Below are positions 24,905 through 36,870 of a stretch of 64,000 nucleotides of DNA, in pieces; positions within the stretch are counted from its first letter, which is position 1; each line of letters starts with the position of its first letter. The notes beneath the pieces were generated by a model that searched no databases, was not told where the DNA came from, and saw only the letters and a program-made list of their open reading frames with translations. Position numbers and translations under genes: made by a program. Origin of the DNA: Octopus sinensis (lineage: Eukaryota); NCBI RefSeq assembly GCF_006345805.1, contig NC_042997.1:71796001-71860000 (forward strand). Reading direction: 5' to 3'.

Positions 24905-25830
24905 TGCGTATATACACTTAGCGGGGGATATGCAACATATAATGGACAGATTTTTCACTGAATGTGTACATTTGGGACTCACAATTAGTCTTTGAAGAAT
25001 CAAAGTAATGTTTACTCCTGTGTCAGGACAAACATATTCTCAACCAGGCATTCTTATGTATAGAACAAGGTTCGAAGTCATTGATAATTTTGTTTACCTT
25101 GGAAGGACACTGTCAAAAGATGGCGGTCTTGATGCAGAGATATACTATCGAATAAGGAAGGGAAGGTTTGCATTTGGAAGGCTCGAAAAGCGAGTATGAG
25201 CAGATAGAAGAATTTCCCAGCAGATAAAAATCAGCGTTTATAAAACGTGTGTATTGACGGCACTTCTTTATTTGAGTGAGACGTGGTACCACTTACAGGC
25301 GTCATATGAAAATACAGGAGAGATTTCATTAAAAGTGCCTCAGGTGTATCTTGGGAATGTTTCATACAAGATACAAAAATTTTGCGCATGGCACGTTGTA
25401 AATCAATTGAACATGTTATCATGGCTCAAATGAGATGGGCTGGACATGTTATTAGAATAAAAGATGACCGATTCCAAAGCGTCTTTTTTATGATGAGCTC
25501 AACTCTGGGTAAGCGACCACAACATAAACCGAGGAAAAGATATACAGACGGTGTGAAACAAAATCTGGAGAAACTAGATATGAACAAAAGTGATTGGGAA
25601 ATTGATGTTCTGGATCTGAACAAGTGGAGAGATGCTGTTAGGTCTGGTTGCAATGCCCGGGAGGAAAAGATGATTCAGCGTTCTGAGCTTAAAAGGGCCT
25701 GTCGCAAAGGAACAATTGAAACGGAAATCAACAGTGAACATTGATATGTATTATGTGTGATCGTGTTCTGTTGTCAAAAGCAGGGCACGTGAATCATATG
25801 AAATCATATGAAAATCGAAATGGCCAGGTA
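24905..25830 (+). mobile_element. RTE (BovB-like) LINE, RT C-terminal fragment
   Basis: DMQHIMDRF...FGL.IS, FVYLGRTLS...DAEI..RI.K...AFGRL.KRV, QMRWAGHV.R, GKRPQHKPRKRY.D and a C-terminal C..C...H..H; frameshifted. Confidence 0.9.
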
Positions 25831-26510
25831 GGTAATAATCGTGAACCCCAACTTGTGTCATATGTTACAAAATTTGTAAGACAATATTTGGACTTAATAG
25901 GCATATGCTAGTTCACAAAACATTCCTTCAGAATCAAATTCCTAAGGGCAAAGATGTAGAAAAAACTTGAGGGCTCATCAATGGAGGGATTGTGGTGTGT
26001 GATGGGATGTGGTGTGTATTTATGGGACGGTTATCATCTGTCAATATGAAGCAATCTTCATCATATACATACATACATAATACATACATACATACATACA
26101 TACATACATACATACATACATACATACATACATAAACGTAAACACTGCTTAGCGCAATTACTCCGATATTTTTCTCGATCGGACGATCTACTAGCGCAAA
26201 TCAGTCAATATGTTGGCTGAAATATGTATAAAGCTATTAGCTTTGTCAGTTCGTTCAGGGTTGTCTCTCTTAGGTGCATCTCATCGACAAGAGTCAATAA
26301 ACCCGAAATATCAATGTCTGAAATTCCCGATAGAAGGCGACACTGAACGAACGGAGTGTTTTCACACCTTTTTACCGTAAGAGAGATTTTTCTCCACAGT
26401 AAATGCAGTGCATTTGGCTTTAGCAGTTGAAATGTGTGACAAACATATTTCAACTAACCTAAATACCTAAATTGTGATTATACGTAAACACTGCCCTGCG
26501 CAATTACTCT

Positions 26511-26552
<42 letters not shown>

Positions 26553-26565
26553 TCTCTCTCTCTCT

Positions 26566-26743
26566 TTTTTTTTCTCTCCTTCTTTCTGTGTTTTTCTCTC
26601 TCTGTGTATCTTTCTGTTGAAGAGCGTAGGCTCGAAACGTTAAAGACTTGTTTTATTTATATTTCCTGAGCGCCATACTAATACAATTGTTCGTTTGTTT
26701 TCCACCTGCCTTCGTCTTTTGTTTATTTTCATAAAGCTTCCCG

Positions 26744-26745
<2 letters not shown>
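26566..26745 (+). mobile_element. Hammerhead-bearing repeat (family A, pLTR-like), copy 1
   Basis: Near-identical inverted copy at 38939-39120; both end in (TA)n. Confidence 0.8.
26609..26646 (+). ncRNA. Minimal type I hammerhead, CUGUUGA core variant
   Basis: UCUUU-CUGUUGA-A-GAGC(GUAG)GCUC-GAAA-CGU-U/AAAGA. Stem I 5 bp, stem II 4 bp, palindromic ACGU stem III. Confidence 0.62.
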
Positions 26746-26767
<22 letters not shown>

Positions 26768-26780
<13 letters not shown>

Positions 26781-26925
26781 GGCTTTCTTTTAGTTTCCTT
26801 CTACCAAATCCACTCACAAGGCTTTGGTTGGCCGGAGATTATAGTAGAAGACACTTGCCCAAGATGCCAGGCAGTAGGACGGAACCCGGAACTATGTGGT
26901 TGGAAAGCAAGCCTCTTGCCCACAA
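26768..26925 (-). mobile_element. SINE family 1, 5' half
   Basis: Reverse complement of head and core (ctaccaaatccactcacaaggctttggt). Confidence 0.8.
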
Positions 26926-27329
26926 CATACATAACTGATCACTGTCTACTAGTGACTGAGGAAGATCTTCACTGACAATTAAAAGCATTGTGCATTCAGA
27001 CAAATCTATATTTTACACTTGTGACCCTACTGGCGACCACTGAACCCACCTCTAGATAAACCTACGCGTCCACAGATACTTGAGACCATGCGTCCTCCAT
27101 TCACACTGCTGGAGGTACGTTTTCGAACAACTCGCTTAAATTCTACATGAAAAATGCATACTTTTTCAAAACAAGCACTTTCTTTTTATTTGTTTCGTCC
27201 ACTGGTTGCGGTGACAAGCATTGTTTTGCTATTTGACCTCCCATATTTCACATGCTTTCAACAAAGATATTGCACAATTTTTACATTGAAGACTTGGTTT
27301 CTGCTAGGGGCGCTTTCCACAAACAAGTT

Positions 27330-27600
27330 CACCAGATAACATCTACTTGGGGATCCTATAGTCATTGATCCGAATAAGGTGTTCTGTCCATAGTAAAGGG
27401 TGCTTGTGCATCATCACCTCAATGCTTAGGACGTTAGCGTCCCTCAAGTCCCCTGTGTCTGAAGCCCACAAGGACCAACCAACATTCAGAATGTGTCTCA
27501 CAAACATCTCTGAAGTAAGCGCTGAAGGATCCTTACATGACGCCAAGTCTCATATGAGTAAAGTATACACACGTGCCGCGCACACGCATACACATGCGTA
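27330..27600 (-). mobile_element. RTE LINE fragment
   Basis: RHILNVGW...DANVL...W.EHLIRI.DYRIPK resembles the RTE C-terminus. Confidence 0.7.
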
Positions 27601-28169
27601 TATATGTAATTCTTCTGTCCCTCTGCTTCTACTTCTCTCTCTTCTCTTCCCACGTGACCGGCGTTCGGCCAAGCCTGTTCTTTCTTTCTTGGTCTGGCTG
27701 TTGTCCGTACAACATCGATATTCCTCCCTGTGTTTGTGAAATCTTGTAACCCTGCCGTAAGTCTTCATTTCCCCGCACGCCAGCTTAATTTAATTCGTCC
27801 TTAGTCGAAAGACACCTGTTGTTATGTCCTGTTATTATTTTATTATATTTGTGTAACATTGTCCGTTTTTTCCGTTTTTGTTTTTCTATACATTCACTGC
27901 TTTCTTCCAAGGAATCTAATGCTCTTAACTTAGTTTTTCCTTGGGGCTGTCCAGATTGGAGCAATCACAAGTAAAATCAGCCGAAATAGCGAAGATAATC
28001 TGGTACTTGACTGAGGAAAGAAAACTTCGAATGACCCGTCCTTGCTTTCTTTGTATCGTCTATCTGGATGTTTTGTTGTCCCATCTTTGTATCACCTAAC
28101 TGTCCGGATGTTTTGCGTTCTTGTCCCATTTTGTATATATATATACACACACACACACACACATATATA

Positions 28170-28920
28170 TATTCTCACTGGATAAAAGCCAAAGCATTCC
28201 AGCCTCTTGTCTTAACTTGTTAGGTAAGTGCTTATCACACCCGACTTGTATCGGATGTCTTCGTCCACAACTGTTCTGGTGGTCCATCCTGAAACCTTGA
28301 GGTCCTTTGCAACGACTCTGATTGACTTTCTGGGGGTTTTAATCGATTATTTCTTAGGCTTTTTATACAAAGTTATGTGTTCTGATAGTATTCGGACCCT
28401 CTGCACGCGTTTGGCGTTTAGCTGCTGGTGTTGGATCCCTGTTAGCAGCTTCCAACTCCTTTCAAACTTTGACAACAAAGAATGGGGAACTTTGAGGAAG
28501 GAAATTATCTCTGTATCACTATGCTGCACTTTTAATGCAAAGATTACAGCGTGCCTTTTCATTTGCTTCGTCAACTTGATGCCCGACATTATTTATCTGA
28601 AAAGTCAGGTAAACAGAAAGTTAGAAGAAAGAACGCTTGAAAGAGATGTCCTAGAAAAACTGACGTACTCTGTATCTTAGTTGAGCATTTTTGTTGCTTC
28701 CATAATTTCTTGAGATTTCATAGGTTACTAGAATTTCTAGCATTTTACTGCTACGAAGTGAGTCAAAAGTTTTTGAGGAATGTGCAAATAAGAGAATATT
28801 CGAAGACTTTTCGCTCAAACACTTCTATAATTCGTTTGACCAGTTTTTCTATTTTTCTAAACCCATTCTGGTGTCCAAGAGAATATTTTCGAAGTTCGTC
28901 TGGACATGATTGTGTATCAT
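28170..28920 (-). mobile_element. Tc1/mariner-superfamily (maT-like) transposon 5' remnant
   Basis: MKRHAVIFALKVQHSDTEIISFLKV, followed by a frameshifted HTH-region sequence; no catalytic domain retained. Confidence 0.6.
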
Positions 28921-29011
28921 TATATTACAGATGCCATGACTAATTCTACACGTCTTTGTACCAAGACTAATTCTACATGTCTTTCTGTTCAAAACCATTT
29001 TATATAATACA

Positions 29012-29212
29012 GTTCTATATTTAAGAGATGAGGAATTATGTACATTATTTACATTTGACGGATATTTGTCCCCATCTTGTTTGTTGTTAACACAACGTTT
29101 TGGTTGATATGCCCCCAGCCTTCATCAGATATCTTGGGGAAATTTCGAACCTAGGTTCTCATTCGTAAGGTGTTTTTCGATGTCATCGTTGTTGTTGTTG
29201 TTTTTGTTGTTG

Positions 29213-29255
<43 letters not shown>

Positions 29256-29269
29256 CATCATCATCGTCA

Positions 29270-29356
<87 letters not shown>

Positions 29357-29719
29357 TCACTGCCTGGAATCGAACTCGGAATCTTGGGGTTAGTAGCCCA
29401 CGCACTTAACCACTACGCCATATGCACGGGCAAATGGCGTAGTGGTTGAGTGCGCGAGCGACTAACCCCAAGATTCCGAGTTCGATTCCAGGCAGTGACC
29501 TGAATAATGATAATAATAACGACGACAACAACAACAACAACAACAATAATTAATAACAACAGCAACATCGAAAATACCTTATGAATGAGAACCCAGGTTC
29601 GAAATTTTCCCAAGACACCTGATGAAGGCTGGAGGGTATATCAGCCGAAACGTTGTGTTAGCAACAAACAAGATGAGGACAAATATCCGTCAAATGTAAA
29701 TAATGTAAATAATGTACAT
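29012..29719. mobile_element. Head-to-head pair of a tRNA-head + (AAT/AAC)n + hammerhead SINE-like unit
   Basis: Minus copy 29012-29425 and plus copy 29430-29719 with a 4-nt spacer. A box ggcgtagtgg, B box gagttcgattc, hammerhead in the tail. Confidence 0.8.
29614..29659 (+). ncRNA. Minimal type I hammerhead ribozyme (family C)
   Basis: GACAC-CUGAUGA-A-GGCUG(gaggguauau)CAGCC-GAAA-CGU-U/GUGUU. All three stems can form, stem III only as a dimer via ACGU; cut after 29654. Confidence 0.72.
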
Positions 29720-29738
29720 TTTATATAAATTATATAGA

Positions 29739-30135
29739 GGGCGCAGGCATGGCTGTGAGGTAATAAAACAAAGAAAAACTCGCTTTGCAATCACGTGGTC
29801 TCGGGTTTAGGCCCACTGCGCGGTACATTGAACGAGTGCCTTCTGCAGTAGGCCCGGGCTGATGCATACCATGTGTGTGAATTTGGCAGACGGACACTGT
29901 GGAGGTCCGTTGTGTGTGTGTGTGTGTGTGTGTGTTTGTGTGTGTGAGTGTGTCTGCTTGTACATTTGCATTTGTCTCCCTTTCCATCGTTTGACAACCG
30001 GTTTTAGCTTGGCAAAAGATATCAATAGTATAAGTACCAGACTTTAAAAATAAGTACTGGTGTGATTTGTTTGACTAAACCTTTTAAAAAGGTGACCTAG
30101 CATGGCCGTAGTCCAATGATTAAAACAAGTAAAAC
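29739..30135 (+). mobile_element. SINE family 1, diverged full-length copy
   Basis: ggcgcaggcatggctgtg...gcatggccgtagtccaatgattaaaacaagtaaa. Confidence 0.75.
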
Positions 30136-30371
30136 ATAACAGACATCGCTCAGAAATTTAAAACTTTCCATTCTATCGATTCTCTTGTTAAAATCCGACC
30201 CGAATGAATATCCTCAATATGACTAACAAATATGTATTTCTAATCCTAAATAACACAGATAATTTCAATTTGGGAGGGTTATGCCGCCAGTATACCCGCA
30301 GTGGTTGTATTTCACTTTAGTTTTATTAATTAAACAGATAAATAGTTAATTGTTTAATTGGTTTAAAATTT

Positions 30372-30560
30372 TGACACAAGGCCAGCAATTTCGAGAGAAG
30401 GGTAAGTCGATAACATCCACCCCCAGTGTTCAACTGGTTTTTATTTCATCGACCCCGAAAGGATGAAAGGCAAAGTCGGCCGCGGCGGAATTTGAACTCA
30501 AAACGTGAAGTCGGACGAAATGCCGGTAAACATTTCACCCGGCGTTCTTCCAGCTCAAGC
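30372..30560 (-). mobile_element. SINE family 2
   Basis: Reverse complement of 14821-15040. Confidence 0.8.
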
Positions 30561-30938
30561 CTTAGTTAATTGATTAATTGGCCTGTTAGAAAGTTCTTTC
30601 TTCACAGTCCTCTCCCTTCTCGATGATGATGTGCCTCTCTCCTCCACTACTACATTATCTTACCATGAATTACATGTATAATTTTGTCACAGATTCCTTT
30701 CCGACCGCTTAAACAAACATACGTTAATATAGTTATATTATAGTTAGAGAGGTAAAGATTAATAACGCAGTCTCACTTATGCAAAACAAATATTTCATTG
30801 ACAAAAAGATTAATTGAAGGAACGCTTGATTGCTTTGGGTATCAACATATGAAAACTACATGGAAATTCTACGAAAATATTTCAATTCTTTCTTATAGCA
30901 TGTAAAAATGTTCTTTAATTATTGATTATTGTTCCTAC

Positions 30939-31116
30939 CAGTTGGAGTTTTTGTCCCGCAGAACTGGTCCTTCGCCATATTTACTGTAGATCTTCGGTAA
31001 ATCCGATGTGGTCTTTTAAGTTTAATTTCATCATTGTCCTCATCTTCTGTTTTCTGAAAAGTTCCCTTTAAAGGTTCAATGATGTAATCCTCATCAAATG
31101 TTCGAATAATTCCTTG
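30939..31116 (-). CDS. ADAMTS: ADAMTS metalloprotease (ADAMTS16/18-like), prodomain exon
   Basis: Acceptor ...ctatcttgcag|CAAGGA and donor ACTG|gtagga. Translates QGIIRTFDEDYIIEPLKG...HRIYRRS...KDQFCGTKTPT(G), matching the ADAMTS prodomain pattern G.IRT...Y.I.PL...H..Y.RS...FCG. 178 nt, phase 0 in, phase 1 out. Confidence 0.88.
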
Positions 31117-31437
31117 CTGCAAGATAGAAATAGAAAAAAGAGATATGAGTATTTATAATTTAGAATATGGATAAATAATCGAATTATAGTTTGAAGTTCT
31201 CAATATATTTTAGCTGGATATTTAATATAATCATAGCTAGAATGCCCTAATCGTAGGTCAGATCTATGAGGGTTGACCACTTGCGATTCAAACAATAATA
31301 AATTCTGAAATATGGCAGAAGTTGGTTTAGCAAGAACTAGATACTGAAAATTAAATACTGTTTGCGAAAGCAAATGTCAGAATATAACTGGTATGATGCT
31401 CTATGATTTCTGGGATCATGATTTTTTCTTCTTAATA

Positions 31438-31813
31438 GGTACAGGTGTGGCTGTGTAGGAAACTTGCTTCCCAACCACATATTTCAAGGTGCAGTCCCAC
31501 TGCCTGACACCTTGGGCAAGTGCCTTCTACTATAACTTCAGGCCGACCAAAACCTTGTGAGTGGATTTGGTACACGAAAACTGAAAGAAGCCCGTCGTAT
31601 ATGTGTGTGTCTTTGATCTGTTTGTTCCCACAGCCGCTTGAAAGCTGGTGTTGGTGTGTTTACGTCCTTATAACTTAGTAGTTCGGTAAAAGAGACCGAT
31701 AAAGTAATATGCTTAAAAAATAAATCCTGAGGTCGATTTGTTCGACTAAAAAACCTTCAAGGCGGTGCCCCAGCATGCCCGCAAACAAATGACTGAAACA
31801 ATTAAAAAATAAA
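31438..31813 (+). mobile_element. SINE family 1, full length
   Basis: Head, core and tail all recognisable. Confidence 0.85.
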
Positions 31814-31957
31814 ATCTTGAGAGAGGCAATTTGATAGTTGCATGGGGTTTAATATGTCATATTTTATCGATTCATATGCCGGCTCTATGCATTTGGCAAA
31901 CCAAGCAACTGCTTAAGCTACTTGTATCCGGGAGCGCCAGAAAAGGTAAAAATATGT

Positions 31958-32118
31958 AAGAAATATTGGCGAAAGTAAAGAATAAGTACACACGGTGTTT
32001 AGTCTTAGGGTTAGGGTTAGGGTTAGGGTTTAGGGTTAGGATTAGGGTTATGGTTAGGGTTTTGTTACGCCGAAAACGGGTGGTGTACGTATTCTTTACC
32101 CCCGCCGAAATATTTCTT
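31958..32118. repeat. Interstitial (TTAGGG)n tract (9 units, 7 perfect, 32005-32059) between short inverted repeats
   Basis: Direct reading; flanks aagaaatattggcgaaagtaaagaataagtacac and gtgtacgtattctttacccccgccgaaatatttctt. Confidence 0.85.
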
Positions 32119-33120
32119 TATTAACCTCAGGATTTGTTGTAGTCGTTTGAAAAATGTTTTAGTATTAGCAGATAACTGTATTATTACCAGCTGAACCATT
32201 GTACTCTATAAACTACTACCCATGGCTACATTCAGCAAACACTCCTAACTGGGAAAAAGAAGCACTTATTGTAGTGCTAGCCCTAGGGTGGTGAATACCT
32301 TGGCTTAGAACCTGCTTACATGATATTTCAACTTTGAACTAAAAAGAAAGAAACTAAGGGCTGCATAGCGTTTTTAATTGACATTTTCCTACCCCATTCA
32401 TACTGTCTGTTAACGTTTTTTGACTAGTGCAAGGCTTCATTTTATAGGAGTTGAATGTAATCCAGTGCGCGATTTATCGGCTCCAGATCGATAAAAGTAA
32501 AATCAATTCAGGTGGAATTTGTGCTCCAAAGGTAATGTAATAAAACTAAATCCTGTAATAAAATTATTTTGGCACTACTGTTTCATTTTATACACGAAAA
32601 GAGTACCTTCAAGATTCTATTTCTATGAATTTAATACATAAAAATAGAATTGTTATGGTAGATATTTTTAACGTCGCTGATATAGCTTTCCCCACTCAGG
32701 AGTTCTTTATAAATATTTTGAAATGTAACTTGTTGCAACTTTTAGCTGGAAACTCTATGCTTTCGTTCTCTGATTTAATATGTTTAAGATGTTCTTTTAA
32801 TGATCTCTCACCCTTCTTGGGTGTAACAAGAAATAACAATAGATGAAGTAGAGCATTATTTTAAAACCCAAGCTATCAAGTGATGAGTAATGTTCTCAGA
32901 CAATCAAGAGACGATTGTAGTCTATGAACTACATGTGCAAACAATGCTACAAAAGACACAAACAACACATTATAAAAAAAAAGAAGCTCCTATTACTAAG
33001 ATTACTCTTGGGATTTCATCTCTGCTAGATGAAAAAGAAACAATTAAGAAGACGATGCCGAAATGTATAATTAACAATTTATACTTATATATACGCATGC
33101 GTATGTAAATTCATCTACGC

Positions 33121-33171
<51 letters not shown>

Positions 33172-33177
33172 AATATG

Positions 33178-33342
33178 CCTTTCTACTATAAGCACAAGGT
33201 CTGAAATTTGAGAGATTGGGATAGTCGATGACATCGACCCCAGGGCTCAACTTATTTTATCGACCCCGAAAAAATGAGAGGCAAAGTCGACCTCAGCAGA
33301 ATTTGAATTCAGAAAGTTAGGATGGCCGAAATGCCGCTAAGT
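33178..33342 (-). mobile_element. SINE family 2
   Basis: Homology to family 2. Confidence 0.75.
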
Positions 33343-33823
33343 AACAGCTTGACTAAAAAAAAAGATATAATATTCCGAAATGTTATAGATGCAAGAAATA
33401 CGCCTTGCTATCCGGGCATTACTTCTGCATATAGAGACGGTTACAACTTCTAAATATCGTTAAATATAATTGGATGGGGACGGATGCACGTTCTTTATCG
33501 CTTCGGATCACGTGGTGGAGTTGGTATTTCAGTAGCTGCTGTCGGCTATTGCACGGTAAACGATGTAAAGTTTGCGGGTTGGCATCATCCAGCTAATAGC
33601 TTACAAATTAAGCAACGGAGAACCCGTTTGATTGTAGCAAAATAACAGTTCGTCTTCTCTTCAGATACAGCGAGCTTTTGCAATATAAGGCAAAGATTAT
33701 GAAATGCTATTAAAGGCTACTATGTATATATAGTATTAATAAAGTACGGAAACCAAGTATAGTATTTTATGCTTTATAAAAAACATATGATCGTTTCATA
33801 TCCGCAGTTGTCATCACGGTATT

Positions 33824-34334
33824 AACTACGGATGCGACATGACGTAGTAAGGACATTCCATAATGAAATCCGTCGGAAGGATAATCCCGAGGACAAAGAA
33901 ATAAAAACCCATAATATGGTAGAAGCCATAGCCACTCATAATAAAAAGGAATACTGGCGGAATGTACCAGAGAAGACCTTTATAAAATGTAAGCACGACA
34001 TACCTGATATAATGATTTGGGATAGAGAAACTGTGCACAGTTGTGGAAATTAGCGACCCAGCGGATGTTAACGTAAAGCTGAAGAACAGTGAAAAAGAGA
34101 ACACCTATGCTGAACTATTGAGAAATCTACAGTTACTCTATCCGGATTACAATTTCAGGTTTATACCGATAATTATTGGGGCCCTGGGGTATGTAACACA
34201 CTGCTTAAATACCAATCTTGAGAAATTAGGCTTCTCAGAACCAGAAAGGAAAAAGCTAATTCGAAAACTTCAGATCCAGGCCATCACTGGAACTATAAAA
34301 ATTTTGTAAAACTTTCCAGAAGTTTATCATTTAA

Positions 34335-34335
<1 letters not shown>
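33824..34335 (+). mobile_element. 5'-truncated LINE with C-terminal restriction-like endonuclease (RLE clade), ending at (TA)n
   Basis: RHD...W...PDIMIWD...VEISDPAD...K..EK...Y..L...FIPIIIGALG, the PD-(D/E)xK RLE signature; one frameshift. Confidence 0.85.
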
Positions 34336-34398
<63 letters not shown>

Positions 34399-34537
34399 GA
34401 GCATGTCTAGATATGTAACTATATGCATGAGAATACATGCATAAAACATGCAAATATGCACATACATACAAACATACATACATACATACATACATACATA
34501 CATACATACATACATACATACATACATACATACATAC

Positions 34538-35072
34538 ATGGTGGCTGCCCCCTCGTTATCGAGCATGGTCGTTGCACGAAGCTTAATCAATGTTGTTATG
34601 GTGCAATGCCTGTGCAAGAAGATTTTTTAAAAAGTGAGTCAATCCCACTCACAAAGCAACAGCATCCATATTCCGAAAAGAAGAACAAGTCAACATCATC
34701 GGTAACCACTGAGCCGCAGGTTTTATGTCGGAGTTATCCCAGTTACCTGAGTTACCTTCTCCTAGAAGGATGCCCTAACAAAGGCTGGGAGTCCTTCACT
34801 CCCAATGGTTTAACCGAGCGAACGGATATTCAGTCCGATTATTTCTATGTCCCCGCGCATGATATAGCCTAAAGACATTTATTGGATGGCCGTTGACTCT
34901 CAAGAGTTCCTCCGCTCTTTGACGGGTTTTGTTTTTCATCCCGCAGGGTGTCCAACAAACACCCTCCTCACCAAGCAAGCTTGGTGGGGTTGCCAGTTTA
35001 ATCGCCGACGACCCAACCATGCAACAGGTTGTACTGGGTTACATGTTACCAGTAGCACTCGAAAGTGACCTG
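34538..35072 (-). mobile_element. Non-coding RTE-related non-autonomous element, copy 1
   Basis: Homologous to 46620-47171. Contains the RTE 5' UTR-like motif ctaggagaaggtaactc and ends in a (TATG)n tail on the minus strand. Confidence 0.7.
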
Positions 35073-35904
35073 ACATACATACATACATACACACATATAT
35101 ACATACATACATACATACATACATACATCCATCCATCCATCCATACATACATACATACAGACAGACAAACATACATACATACATACATTCATACATATAT
35201 ACATACATACAACATACATACATACATACATCATACATACATACATACATACATACATGCATGCATGCATGCGTAATACCTTGTTGATGATGTCGAAATT
35301 CCAATGAAGGAATCTTGGGTCTAAGTTAGAAACAGGTCCTTTCTCTATTGGCAAGAAATTTTGAAACTGAATAATGACATGCATACATGCATACATACAT
35401 ACATACATACATGCATACATACATACACACCCTGTTGTTCATGTTGAAATTGCAATGAAGGAGCCTTGAATCTAGGTTAGAAACTGACTCTTCCTCTATT
35501 GGCAAGAAATCTTGAAATAAACTGAACAATGACATACATATATATATATATAATTTCCGTTTATATAATTTTAAGCATTGAAAATAATTCTTTCTAATTT
35601 TCGAGAAAAAGAAAAACTTAGCAATGACGGAACTTAAACACTGCATCTTCGCTTACCGACAGTTCAAGGTTAAATGCAATGCCCTGAAAAGTGAGACTGA
35701 CTGTGAATTGTACAACCACCCAAGCACTCCTTTCACAAGCTATAGAAACATGATTCAAATATCGTCATTGTGTGATTCCTTCTGTGTGTTATAATATCTA
35801 ACAATATCTACATTAAGGCTTTTGCAATTCATTCATAATTTCTATTTCAACACATAAGAACCATAACAACCAGAAGGATTTCGGAAAAATATGGAACTCT
35901 AATT

Positions 35905-36128
35905 TTTTTTTCCTGCTATAAGCACAAGACCTGAAATTTTGGGAGAGGTTGCCACTTGATTACATCTACCCCAGTGATTAACTGACACTATTTTATCTCT
36001 TCCCTCTTTCTCTGAAAGGATGAAAGGCAAAGTCGATCTCGGCAGAATTTGAACTTAGACCGTGTAGCCGGAAGAAATGCTACTAAGCAATTTGACCAGC
36101 GTGCTAACGATTCTGCTAGCTCACCACC
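35905..36128 (-). mobile_element. SINE family 2
   Basis: Homology to family 2. Confidence 0.75.
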
Positions 36129-36870
36129 ATATGAAGTTCCAAAAGTTAGCCGGATCGTTAGAGTGTCGGATCAGACGTCTTAAAGTAACTAGTTATATCT
36201 TTTTGCGTTCTATGATTGGGACTTCACCGTAATCAGCTTTTCATCTTTCGAGCCCTTATCTTTCGAGCCCACTCAGTTTTGTCTTTTATTTAGTGGAACT
36301 ATGCACTCGGGTTTTTTTTTTTATTTTTATAGGAAACATATTGAATCGCATTCCTAATCCACAACAAAGCTGAATGTATGAGATCTGCGTTTGTATATAC
36401 ATACGTGAGTGCACATATGTGCACTCACTGACAACAGGACTGCTAATTCATTTCCAGTTTAAACAAATGCATAAAAACTGATGAATTTTGAAATTGTTTA
36501 ATTAACGAAATTACTACACATTTATTACACTTATTAGAAACAAAATACTTGATAATCACACTAATTATATGTCAATTTTATTGTTGTAACAGTGATAATC
36601 CTCCCCCACCCATTGATTTATTATGGTTATTCAATGTATGTATCAATCCGTTACGGTTGAACCTTGTGCAATTTTCATCGGTTTTCGTATAATAATAAGC
36701 ACGCACGTTTTCCGTGGCAAATAGTCGTGGCTGTTCTTCTTAGACTATAAAGGAGAAGCTGTTATGCCAGTTTCAGTACGGGTAGACAAAAACAAAAAAA
36801 ACTAAAAACGTTTGTATAACTGTTAGCTTTCATTGAGAATGAAGTGAGGTTAATACTTAAATGTATTAAA

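Noticed and set aside
29430-29502. tRNA gene
   Set aside because: It has A and B boxes but no complete acceptor stem, and it continues into a microsatellite and repeat tail; it is a SINE head.
34990-35072. HDV-like ribozyme at the 5' end of the RTE-related element (GG-G-UCG-ucgg-CGA-C-UAA-ACUGG pairing with CCAGU)
   Set aside because: P2, P4 and J4/2 look plausible, but I could not build P1 and P3, and each copy lacks one required feature. Needs a consensus-level search.
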